Shown here piece by piece: positions 19,875 through 28,993 of a stretch of DNA of 64,000 bases. This DNA is from Roseiflexaceae bacterium. Lineage in GTDB: Bacteria > Chloroflexota > Chloroflexia > Chloroflexales > Roseiflexaceae. Every line of letters begins with the position of its first letter. Position 1 is the stretch's first letter. The position numbers and the translations under genes are program-made. Location: assembly GCA_947474225.1 (NCBI GenBank), contig CANJHS010000010.1, positions 551 to 64,550 of the forward strand, read 5' to 3'. A model generated the notes under the pieces. It was not told the DNA's origin and made no database searches. It saw only the letters and a program-made list of their open reading frames with translations.

Positions 19875-22037
19875 CTAGGCGCTGCGCTGTACCGCACGCG
19901 CCGGCAACAACAACCGCAACCCATTGGCTACCACGAGGAGTGTACTTCCTTCGTGGCCAATTACCCCATACGTCATCTTCATCTCGAAGCCGGGCATCAA
20001 GGTCGACACCACCAGCACCGTAATCACGACGAATGCGAATATCAAATTTTGCCAGATGACCGTGCGCGCCTGTTTCGCGAGGAGCAACGCACCGGTTAAC
20101 CGACTCAAATCATCCTTCATCAAGACAACATCTGCGCTCTCGTGTGCCACATCCGAGCCAGCAGAACCCATGGCGATGCCCAAATTCGCAGTCGCCAGCG
20201 CTGGTGCATCGTTGATGCCGTCACCGATCATCGCCACAGGTCCATATTTGCGCTGCAAATCGCGTATTGCATCGACCTTGTCTTGTGGCAACAATTCTGC
20301 GCGCACATCATCCAATCCCAATTCCTTGGCCAGGGCATTGGCGACATGCTGATTATCACCCGTCAGCAACACAACGCGATAGCCGGCGCGATGCAAATCA
20401 CGTAGCGCTTCTTGCGACTCCGGCCGGACGGTGTCGGCGATGGTAATTAATCCCCAAATTTCATCTTCAGAGCCGACAGCAATCGTTGTATTGCCGCGCC
20501 GCTGCTCGGCTTCTATCTCGAACAACACATCCGAGGTGACATGACCAAACAACGACGGTTTGCCGACGCGCATGCGCTGGCCGGCCACTACCGCGGTCGC
20601 ACCTGCGGCGACCACAGCCCTGAAGTCTGTCGCTTCGGGGACCGTCAAGCCACGTTCCTTCGCTCCCAACACAATTGCTTTGGCCAGTGGGTGCTCCGAA
20701 GAATGTTCGACTGCCGCCGCTGCAACCAGCAAGCGAATTTGATCATCGGTCATATCGCCCAATGCGTCGTCGTCGAGGGTCGTACGTGACTGTTGCGGCA
20801 AATTCAACGTCATGCGACCGGGACCGCCGACGGGAATGACTGCCACCACGCCGGGACGACCCGTCGTCAGTGTCCCGGTTTTGTCAAAGGCCACAACCTT
20901 GATGGTCGCTGCTGCTTCGAGCTGCTTGCCGCCCTTGAACAACACCCCATTGCGGGCAGAATGTGCCAATGCAGACAACAGCGACGATGGGATCGAAATG
21001 ACCAACGCACACGGCGACATCACCACCAACAGCGTCATGGCGCGGTAAATGGTCACACCCCAAGGCTCGGTGGTGACTAGATGACCAATCACAATAGCCA
21101 ACAATGCAGTAATCGCGACAGCCTTGGCGTAGTAATTACCGATAATGCGGTCTGTGAAGTCTTGGCTCTGCGCCTTCTGCTCACGCGCCTCACGCACCAC
21201 ACTGACGATACGTGCCAATGTTGACTGCGATGCATCGGTGGTGACTTCGATGTGCAACGCACCTTCGCCGTTCATCGTGCCAGCAAATGCTTTCGTGCCG
21301 GGTTTTTTGTCTACCGGTACCGCCTCGCCGGTAATCGACGCTTCGTTCACCGACGACGATCCACTCGTCACCAATCCGTCAGCGGGGATTTGGGCACCTG
21401 GACGAACAAAAACGACATCGCCAGGCACCAACGCCTCGACCGAGATCGTCCGGGTCCCGTTCGCATTGACCACCTCTGCCTCACGCGGGGACATGGCAAT
21501 CAACGACCGAATCGACGCATGGGTGCGCCCCATTGCGTAGGTCTCGAGTGTGCCCGCCATGCTAAACAAAAACATCAGCAGCGCGCCCTCTGCCGGCTGA
21601 CCCACTGCAGTTGCGCCGAGCGCACCGATGAACATCAATGCGTCGATGTTGAATTCGAATTTGCGGAACGAATGGAACGATTCGATTGCACTGTCATAGC
21701 CACCGAATATCATGCCGACAATGAAGAACGGCCACCAATACAGCGTGGCATCTTCGCCCACAAGGTACTTGACCACATATCCCAACGCCGTTGCGACGAG
21801 ACAAATCCCCGTGAACCATATCATTCGTGGCAAATTTGCGATTTCGGCTTCTTCGGGGGATATCTCGACTTCGACTGATTCGATGACCAAGGCCATGTTG
21901 TTGTCGTCGCAGATCTCGCGCAGTGCATGCCGATCGGTGTCTTTGCGACACAGCACAATCACCCCAGCGTTATCCTCGCGGAATCGCGCCCCTGCCACGC
22001 CATCCAACGCGCGTATCGATTGTAAAATGTCGGTCAT
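19875..22037 (-). CDS. Heavy-metal translocating P-type ATPase, P1B-4-like (SPC motif)
   Basis: 720 aa. Has DKTGTLT, GDGINDAP, the TM motif MSPCALV and HEGSTLLVVANGLRLL. The N-terminal ~70 aa domain has no CxxC. Confidence 0.9.
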   Translation of the reverse strand: MTDILQSIRALDGVAGARFREDNAGVIVLCRKDTDRHALREICDDNNMALVIESVEVEISPEEAEIANLPRMIWFTGICLVATALGYVVKYLVGEDATLYWWPFFIVGMIFGGYDSAIESFHSFRKFEFNIDALMFIGALGATAVGQPAEGALLMFLFSMAGTLETYAMGRTHASIRSLIAMSPREAEVVNANGTRTISVEALVPGDVVFVRPGAQIPADGLVTSGSSSVNEASITGEAVPVDKKPGTKAFAGTMNGEGALHIEVTTDASQSTLARIVSVVREAREQKAQSQDFTDRIIGNYYAKAVAITALLAIVIGHLVTTEPWGVTIYRAMTLLVVMSPCALVISIPSSLLSALAHSARNGVLFKGGKQLEAAATIKVVAFDKTGTLTTGRPGVVAVIPVGGPGRMTLNLPQQSRTTLDDDALGDMTDDQIRLLVAAAAVEHSSEHPLAKAIVLGAKERGLTVPEATDFRAVVAAGATAVVAGQRMRVGKPSLFGHVTSDVLFEIEAEQRRGNTTIAVGSEDEIWGLITIADTVRPESQEALRDLHRAGYRVVLLTGDNQHVANALAKELGLDDVRAELLPQDKVDAIRDLQRKYGPVAMIGDGINDAPALATANLGIAMGSAGSDVAHESADVVLMKDDLSRLTGALLLAKQARTVIWQNLIFAFVVITVLVVSTLMPGFEMKMTYGVIGHEGSTLLVVANGLRLLLPARAVQRSA

Positions 22038-22220
22038 TAGGTAGTTTTCCTTCTAGTGTGGCTATTATATCGCCAACTCTGATTGTTCAGATTGTGGTTT
22101 TGGGCGCATGGTCTGTGCAGAGCAGTTTATTCGCGTTGGTATCGTTTTTCTTTTGAGAAAACAAACCCGACCAGTTTTTTATCAAAGCGAGTTTCACCGT
22201 AGCATATGCTTTTTTGCACG

Positions 22221-22253
22221 AAAAACCCGGAGCTTCCGTACGGAAGCTCCGGG
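22221..22253 (-). terminator. Rho-independent terminator after the OppF-like gene
   Basis: On the minus strand, CCCGGAGCTTCCG-ta-CGGAAGCTCCGGG is followed by TTTTT. Confidence 0.8.
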
Positions 22254-22269
22254 TCTACAGGAACAGGAT

Positions 22270-23295
22270 TTACTTGTCGACGGCCATCAATGCAATTGCT
22301 TCGCTAGAGCGGTGGCACGACACCATGTGTCCGCCGCCGATATCCTTGAGCTCGGGTTCTTCTTTTTTGCACTGATCCGTTGCAATCGGACAACGGGTAT
22401 GGAATCGGCAACCCGATGGTGGATTGAGCGGGCTGGGCACGTCACCGGTAAGGATGATACGCGCGCGCGTGCGCTCTAATTCAGGATCGGGGATGGGCAC
22501 TGCCGAAAGCAATGCTTGGGTGTATGGGTGCGTCGGTGCATGGTAGAGTTGCGCACCAGCAGCGATTTCGACGATTTTGCCGAGGTACATGACCGCGACG
22601 CGATCGCTGATGTGCTTGACCGCAGCCAAACCGTGGGCAATGAACAAGTACGTCAAGCCGAGTTGATTCTGCAAGTCTTCGAGCAAATTCAAAATCTGGG
22701 CTTGAATCGACACGTCCAGCGCCGATACCGGCTCGTCACAGACGACAAACTCAGGCTCGACGGCCAATGCGCGGGCAATACCGATGCGTTGGCGCTGACC
22801 ACCCGAGAATTCGTGTGGGTAGCGGTTGATGAAGTACGGGTTGAGTCCGACCAGCTTGAGCAGCTCTTGGACGCGCTCGCGTACCGCATCTTTGCCCTTA
22901 CGCAAGCCATGAACCATGATGGGCTCGGCGATGATGTCGCCGACGGTCATACGTGGATTCAACGATGCATATGGGTCTTGGAAGATCATCTGCACCTTGC
23001 GGCGCATCTGACGCATCTGTTCTTGCGGCAGTTTGGTCAAGTCCGTCCCACGGAAGATGACTTCGCCGTTGGTTGGTTTGAAGAGTTGAATCAGTGCGCG
23101 GCCAGTCGTGGACTTGCCACAACCGGACTCACCCACCAGACCCAACGTCTCGCCCTTGCGGATCGAGAACGTCAGCCCGTCTACTGCTTTGACATCGCCG
23201 ATTTTGCGTCGGAGCACGATGCCCTTGGTGACAGGGAAGTACATTTTGAGGTCTTTGACTTCAATCAAAGTCTCTGAGAGTGTGTGGTCTGTCAT
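22270..23295 (-). CDS. Oligopeptide/dipeptide ABC transporter ATP-binding protein (OppF/DppF-like)
   Basis: 341 aa. Has Walker [10 protein letters not shown], the LSGGQ-like FSGGQRQR motif and a C-terminal oligopeptide-transporter Cys-rich tail. Confidence 0.9.
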   Translation of the reverse strand: MTDHTLSETLIEVKDLKMYFPVTKGIVLRRKIGDVKAVDGLTFSIRKGETLGLVGESGCGKSTTGRALIQLFKPTNGEVIFRGTDLTKLPQEQMRQMRRKVQMIFQDPYASLNPRMTVGDIIAEPIMVHGLRKGKDAVRERVQELLKLVGLNPYFINRYPHEFSGGQRQRIGIARALAVEPEFVVCDEPVSALDVSIQAQILNLLEDLQNQLGLTYLFIAHGLAAVKHISDRVAVMYLGKIVEIAAGAQLYHAPTHPYTQALLSAVPIPDPELERTRARIILTGDVPSPLNPPSGCRFHTRCPIATDQCKKEEPELKDIGGGHMVSCHRSSEAIALMAVDK

Positions 23296-23328
23296 GCGTT
23301 ATCTCCGTACCCTAATGAGCGTTGTTGC

Positions 23329-24339
23329 TTAAGAAGCGACTGCGTTCGTTGGTGTTTCTTTTGTGATATCGAACAAACAAGCTGCTTTGTGATCGGTACC
23401 GACACTGCGCAGCGCAGGTACTTGTGCATCACAGACACCCGCTTTGAAGTAGTCACAACGTGCACCAAAGGCACAGACTTCACCCAACGTAATCAAATCG
23501 GGTGGCATGCCCCGGATTGGCTCGAGACGGCGATCGTGCGCATCGTCCAAACGTGGGATGGACTTGAGCAACCCGATCGTATACGGCATGCGTGGATTGT
23601 TGAAGATTTCGTGCGTGGAGCCTTCTTCGACAACTCGTCCGGCATACATAACCATGACGCGATCTGCCATACCAGCGACCACACCCAAGTCATGGGTGAT
23701 TATGATGACGGCCATGCCCAACTCAGATTGCAAGCGCTTGATGAGCTCGAGAATCTGGGCTTGGATGGTCACGTCCAACGCGGTGGTTGGTTCGTCTGCA
23801 ATCAAGAGTTCGGGGTTACAGGCCAGAGCCATGGCAATCATCACGCGCTGACGCATCCCGCCCGAGAATTGGTGGGGGTATTCGTCGATGCGCTTGGCCG
23901 CGCCAGGAATGCCGACCATGTTCAGCAGTTCAATTGCCCGATCGCGTGCTTCGCGTGCAGACAATTTGAGATGCAGAATCAACGATTCGGTGATTTGTTG
24001 GCCGACGTTCAGCACCGGATTCAACGACGTCATCGGATCTTGGAAGATCATTGCGATGCGATTGCCGCGCAACTCGCGCATTTTGTCTTCGCTGATTTTC
24101 AGGATGTCCTGACCATCAAAGAAAACTTCCCCACCCGAAATACGCCCGGGAGGGTTTGGAATGAGGCGCATCACAGAAAGTGATGTCACACTCTTGCCTG
24201 AGCCCGACTCGCCGACGATGCCAAGCGTCTCACTACGATTGACGTAGAACGAAACGTTGTTCACTGCCCTGACCACGCCGTCCTGCGTTTTGAACTGCGT
24301 CTCAAGGTTGCGGACCTCTAACAAAGGCGCCATACGCAA
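23329..24339 (-). CDS. Oligopeptide/dipeptide ABC transporter ATP-binding protein (OppD/DppD-like)
   Basis: 336 aa. Has [21 protein letters not shown], Walker A GESGSGKS and FSGGMRQR. Confidence 0.9.
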   Translation of the reverse strand: MRMAPLLEVRNLETQFKTQDGVVRAVNNVSFYVNRSETLGIVGESGSGKSVTSLSVMRLIPNPPGRISGGEVFFDGQDILKISEDKMRELRGNRIAMIFQDPMTSLNPVLNVGQQITESLILHLKLSAREARDRAIELLNMVGIPGAAKRIDEYPHQFSGGMRQRVMIAMALACNPELLIADEPTTALDVTIQAQILELIKRLQSELGMAVIIITHDLGVVAGMADRVMVMYAGRVVEEGSTHEIFNNPRMPYTIGLLKSIPRLDDAHDRRLEPIRGMPPDLITLGEVCAFGARCDYFKAGVCDAQVPALRSVGTDHKAACLFDITKETPTNAVAS

Positions 24340-24470
24340 ACTCCACGTTCATCAATCAAGGATAGAATATCCTTTAGATTGCAGTATTGACTTTCCCGAG
24401 TCTAGAGAAAACTAGTGAAGACCTGTTGGAACATTGTATGTTGTTCACTAGAATAATGCAAGAGGTTAAT

Positions 24471-25523
24471 ATGCGACTTGTTGTAGTAGGTGCCGGATTG
24501 AGTGGTCTTGCGGTCGCACACACCCTGCATTCCATTGCCCCCCAGATGGCTGTTCACTGCGTCGAAAAAAGCCGTGGCCTCGGCGGCCGCGTCGCAACGC
24601 GACGGCATGAGGGCGCCACGTTCGACCATGGCGCACAATTCTTTCGGCCGCTCGATGCCGACCAGATGCACTTCTTCACACAGACGCTGCCCCACGACAC
24701 CCTCATTGATATTGCCAAACCAGTCTATGCATTTGATGCACAAAACCGCATCACAATCGGTGATTCCGCACAAAACAACGAACCCAAATTTGTGTACCGA
24801 GACGGCCTTAACACCCTCGCCAAACTCATTCGACCAGCTTCCATGACACTTTCGTTACAAACCCGCATCCAACGCATCGAAGCGACCACAACAGGCTACA
24901 CGATCTACTCAGACCAAGGCGTACGCATCGATTCGGCCGACGCACTTGTCTTTACCCCGCCCGCCCCGCAAACGATTGAATTGTTACACGCAAGTACCAT
25001 TACCGAATCTGTAAAGAACGATTTAATAAAAGGGCTCGCGCCGGCCACCTATCGACCATGTCTGAGTGTGTCGTTGCTCTATGCCGGCTTCTTCGATCCT
25101 GCCTATTACGCACTCGTCAACAACGACCGCGCTCATCCTATTTCGTGGCTGGCGGTCGAACACGCCAAACATGCCGCCCGTGTACCCGAGGGCCACACAC
25201 TTTTGACCGCCCAGTTGGCTCCGCAAGCCAGCCGTGACCTCTGGGAAGTCGACGAAGCAACGCTCTACGAGACCGTAGCCGCCTGGGCACAAACCCTGAC
25301 TGGCCATCCATTGGGTGCTCCCCTTTGGGGCGATCGCCAAGGCTGGCGTTATGCGCTCCCCGATGGGCGTGCAGACGCGACCACCATGCAATCCTACGAG
25401 CAATCACATGGGCTATACTTTGCTGGAGATGCGCATACCGGACTCGGTCGCATCCAATTGGCTATACAAAACGGCGCGGCTGTTGCACAGCGTATCGCCG
25501 CCCACGCAGGAGCACGCATATGA
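24471..25523 (+). CDS. NAD(P)/FAD-dependent oxidoreductase (renalase/amine-oxidase-like)
   Basis: Has the MRLVVVGAGLSGLAVA dinucleotide-binding motif. ATG 24471 lies after AGAGG. Confidence 0.75.
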   Translation: MRLVVVGAGLSGLAVAHTLHSIAPQMAVHCVEKSRGLGGRVATRRHEGATFDHGAQFFRPLDADQMHFFTQTLPHDTLIDIAKPVYAFDAQNRITIGDSAQNNEPKFVYRDGLNTLAKLIRPASMTLSLQTRIQRIEATTTGYTIYSDQGVRIDSADALVFTPPAPQTIELLHASTITESVKNDLIKGLAPATYRPCLSVSLLYAGFFDPAYYALVNNDRAHPISWLAVEHAKHAARVPEGHTLLTAQLAPQASRDLWEVDEATLYETVAAWAQTLTGHPLGAPLWGDRQGWRYALPDGRADATTMQSYEQSHGLYFAGDAHTGLGRIQLAIQNGAAVAQRIAAHAGARI

Positions 25524-26398
25524 CCAGCAAAATCCTTCGTCCCCTCATCATCGGCGTTGTATCGGTCATTGTGCTGGCGTTACTCGCCCTGTTGATTACG
25601 ACACCGACCGAGTCACTGGTAGCGCCTACCAATCATGGCATTGTGTTACTCATTCCTGTGACGTTTTTGGCTGGTCTGTTTAGCTTTCTCTCGCCCTGCA
25701 CGTTACCCATATTGCCTGCTTACTTCGCTTTTACGTTCCAAGCCAAACGCGAACGGGTGACCGTCATGTCGATTGCCTTCTTCCTTGGCTTGGCAACGAC
25801 AATTGTCATCTTGGGTGCGAGCGCAACGGCATTGAGCAGATTTTTGTTCAGTTATCTTTCGTTGTTGACTACGTTGGGTGGCGTGTTAATTATTGTGTTC
25901 GGTGTGATGAGCTTTTTTGGCATTGGCTTTAGCGGTGTTCAATTGCTCGAGCGCCCCGTCGGAGGCATCCTCGGATCGTTTCTGTATGGGGCTACGTTTT
26001 CGCTCGGGTGGTCTGCCTGCGTCGGTCCGATCCTCGGCGCGTTACTGACCATGTTGGCGACCCAAGGCATCGCCGTGGCCCAAGGTGCGTTGTTGGCCTT
26101 TGTCTATGCCTTGGGCTTGGGAACGCCGCTGATTGTCATTTCGTCGTTTTTTGGGCGTCTCGGTACGGGCTCAAAGTTTTGGCAACTCATCAAAGGCAAG
26201 GCGTTTTTTGTCACCATCGCTGGTCGTGAGCTGATGTTGCACACCACCAGCATGGCCAGTGGGCTGTTGTTGGTGGTGATGGGTATCTTGCTGGCGACGG
26301 GCAATCTGGCTACCCTCGGCGAGTGGACGCGCCAGTCGTCGCTTTCGGAATATTCCCTCCATTTCGAGAGTTGGCTTCAGAGTCTGTTAACACAATAG
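25520..26398 (+). CDS. ccdA: Cytochrome c biogenesis / thiol-disulfide transfer membrane protein CcdA (DsbD_2 family)
   Basis: Has the FLSPCTLPILPAYFAF motif and multiple TM helices. Its ATG overlaps the upstream stop (ATGA). Confidence 0.8.
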   Translation: MTSKILRPLIIGVVSVIVLALLALLITTPTESLVAPTNHGIVLLIPVTFLAGLFSFLSPCTLPILPAYFAFTFQAKRERVTVMSIAFFLGLATTIVILGASATALSRFLFSYLSLLTTLGGVLIIVFGVMSFFGIGFSGVQLLERPVGGILGSFLYGATFSLGWSACVGPILGALLTMLATQGIAVAQGALLAFVYALGLGTPLIVISSFFGRLGTGSKFWQLIKGKAFFVTIAGRELMLHTTSMASGLLLVVMGILLATGNLATLGEWTRQSSLSEYSLHFESWLQSLLTQ

Positions 26399-26413
26399 CG
26401 AGACGGTGACGTA

Positions 26414-26830
26414 ATGACCCTCAAGAAACATGCAGCTGGTGCGGTTGTGTACCGTCGGACGCCCGAAGGTCCGCGCTTTTTGATTATCTACGATGCCTAC
26501 GGGCATTGGACCTTCCCCAAAGGCCACCTCGAGGCAGACGAATCGAGCGCGGCGGCTGCCCGGCGTGAGGTCGCAGAAGAGACGGGTGTCAATGGCCATC
26601 TCGGACCACTGGTCCATACGATTTTTTATCCCGTCATCAAAAAAGGCGTGACCTACGACAAGCAGGTCGATTGGTACCTGCTCGAAGCCGACAACGATGG
26701 AGTGGTCCTGCAAGCCGAAGAGGGCATCACCGCCTATCGCTGGGAGCCTGCCGACGAAGTCGCAGCTCTGCTCAGCTACGCACAGCTTCCCGACGTATTT
26801 TCCAAAGCACGTGACGCACTTGGAGTATAA
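26414..26830 (+). CDS. NUDIX hydrolase
   Basis: 138 aa. Has the Nudix box GHLEADESSAAAARREVAEETG. Confidence 0.8.
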   Translation: MTLKKHAAGAVVYRRTPEGPRFLIIYDAYGHWTFPKGHLEADESSAAAARREVAEETGVNGHLGPLVHTIFYPVIKKGVTYDKQVDWYLLEADNDGVVLQAEEGITAYRWEPADEVAALLSYAQLPDVFSKARDALGV

Positions 26831-26864
26831 TTCGATTCCAATTCTATATTCGTGAGGCTGACTT

Positions 26865-27326
26865 ATGCAACCCGCCTATTCCGTTGAGCGCGAATACGCC
26901 TACCCCATCGAAAAGCTCTGGCACGCCTGGACAACCGCCGCAGCCTTGCAATCCTGGTACCACGGCGTGGACCACCGTTGTGTACCCAATTCGGTGACTG
27001 CTGATGCGGCAGTCGGGGCTATATGGTCGGTTGGCATCGATGTGCCACAGTACAACGTCCAGGTTTTTTTCTATGGCACCTATACGACGGTGACGCCGCA
27101 GACGCAGCTCGTGCACACCATGCACTACACCGAAATGATCGAAGAATTCGCCGTCAAAGACATGAGCACACCAGCACACCGGGTCGTCATCGACTTCGAA
27201 CGACGCCCGAATGGCAGCTGGGTGCGCTATGCGCAATTCGGTGAACTTCCGCCGGAGCAGATTCCCCTCGTTATCGCGGGTATGAATAGCTACTTTGATT
27301 CGCTCCAGCAGTACCTTGATGAATAG
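26865..27326 (+). CDS. SRPBCC (Aha1/START-like) domain protein
   Basis: 153 aa. Has the VEREYAYPIEKLWHAWT pattern of AHSA1/SRPBCC proteins. Confidence 0.75.
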   Translation: MQPAYSVEREYAYPIEKLWHAWTTAAALQSWYHGVDHRCVPNSVTADAAVGAIWSVGIDVPQYNVQVFFYGTYTTVTPQTQLVHTMHYTEMIEEFAVKDMSTPAHRVVIDFERRPNGSWVRYAQFGELPPEQIPLVIAGMNSYFDSLQQYLDE

Positions 27327-27375
27327 ACTCCCGGGTGTATTGCGTCGTTGAGCAGGGTTTGCGCGGGGAGTTTTT

Positions 27376-27405
27376 GAGCAGGGTTTATTGCAATAAACCC
27401 TGCTC
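27376..27405. terminator. Bidirectional terminator hairpin between the SRPBCC gene and murJ
   Basis: Perfect palindrome GAGCAGGGTTTATTG/CAATAAACCCTGCTC, preceded by TTTTT. Confidence 0.7.
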
Positions 27406-27425
27406 AATCTTTATTTGAGAATCCA

Positions 27426-28973
27426 TTACCGCGCCAGGCGTTCGCGGATTTTTGTATAAACCAGCTGATATGCCATCAATACGGGCGAAATGCGGAATTG
27501 CCAGGCTACCCCAAGGTATGCAGCTACCGCTACCGTCGACAGCACCACGAGTTGCGCCAGCATCGGCCACGCAGACGTATCCAACAGTGTCGAAATGCCG
27601 CGTACCAGCGCCCAGCTCATCGCACCGGCCATCGCACATAAAGCAATTGTCTGCACGAGCCCGAGCCCACGCAAATTAAACAGCCGATGGGCCAGTACCG
27701 CCATCAAAAGCATATGCGTAATCCACTGTACCGAATTGGCGAAGGCCAGCGTTTGGGCGCTCGGTCCAAAAAACGCCAAGCCAATTACCACACCCACACC
27801 ATAGCCGCCAATTGCTGCGCCTTGGACGAGGTTTGGCGCGAGGGTACGGCCGCGCGCATAGTAGGCAAACAGCAGAATCTGGTCGATTGCAGCAGCCGGC
27901 AAGCCAGGGATATACCATTTGAGCGTGTCGGCCACGGCTTGAGTGTCCGCGGCAGAAAACGCTTTGCGTTGCAGAATCAACCCCGTCAATGGCACCCGCA
28001 CCAGCCACAGCATCACCGCCGCCGGCACAATCAACGCCACCACCACCGTCAGTGCTTGGGCGACGGTCGCGCGGAACGCATCGCGGTCTGCATCATCACG
28101 CAGCCGTGCCAACGTCGGCAAAATAGCCGTCGAGACAGCTGCAGCAACTAATCCGAGTGGGAACTGAATGAGCGTGGTTGCGTAGCGCATCGTCGGCAGC
28201 ACGTTTTCGCCATAGCTGCTGCCCAAACGTCGATCAATCACCGTGCCAATGGCCGAGAATCCCATGCCGAGCGCTACCGGTGCATACAGCCGCAACATTT
28301 CGCGGATGGCTGGGTTCCGCCAATCGGTACGCCAGCGCAGCTGCATCTCCCGAAGGCCATACGCCTGCATGACAACCTGTGCCACCGACCCCACGACCAT
28401 ACCGACCGCCAGCGCCACCGGTCCTAACAGCGGAGTAAAAGCCAATGCACCGACAATCAATCCAACATTGAACACGCTCGTCACAAAGGCCGGCAACACA
28501 AACCGCTGTTGTGCCTGCAGTGCCGCCGTCATCACCCCGGCAACGACCATACAGGGTACCGCAAAGACCATCCAGCGCACCATGGTAGTCGTCAACTCTT
28601 GCATCTGTGGATTGAATCCGCCAGCCAGCCATGCCACCAATTGCGGTGCAAACCACACCATCGGCAACACCAACCCGCTGACCACCACAATCATCAGACT
28701 CAGGACCTGCGATACCAGCCGATCGCGGGCTTCGGGTTGCGCTGCCACACGACTAAACACCGGCACCAACGCGGCGCTGATTGCACCGCTCAATAGCAAG
28801 TCGTAGACAAGGGTTGGAATGGTCGACGCAGCGGTAAAGGCCGCCAGTTCACTGCCGCGGCCAAAGGTCGCCGCAAAAACCGCCTCACGGATGACTCCGA
28901 TGAGGCGGCTGGTAATATTGCCGACAGCGATGAGCAATGCAGCCATCGCGATTGTACGTCCGTTGTTGGTCAC
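27426..28973 (-). CDS. murJ: Lipid II flippase MurJ (MviN)
   Basis: 515 aa polytopic membrane protein. Has the N-terminal NITSRLIGVIREAVFAATFG motif. Confidence 0.9.
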   Translation of the reverse strand: MTNNGRTIAMAALLIAVGNITSRLIGVIREAVFAATFGRGSELAAFTAASTIPTLVYDLLLSGAISAALVPVFSRVAAQPEARDRLVSQVLSLMIVVVSGLVLPMVWFAPQLVAWLAGGFNPQMQELTTTMVRWMVFAVPCMVVAGVMTAALQAQQRFVLPAFVTSVFNVGLIVGALAFTPLLGPVALAVGMVVGSVAQVVMQAYGLREMQLRWRTDWRNPAIREMLRLYAPVALGMGFSAIGTVIDRRLGSSYGENVLPTMRYATTLIQFPLGLVAAAVSTAILPTLARLRDDADRDAFRATVAQALTVVVALIVPAAVMLWLVRVPLTGLILQRKAFSAADTQAVADTLKWYIPGLPAAAIDQILLFAYYARGRTLAPNLVQGAAIGGYGVGVVIGLAFFGPSAQTLAFANSVQWITHMLLMAVLAHRLFNLRGLGLVQTIALCAMAGAMSWALVRGISTLLDTSAWPMLAQLVVLSTVAVAAYLGVAWQFRISPVLMAYQLVYTKIRERLAR

Positions 28974-28993
28974 AGGACCTCTTTCGTCCTCAC

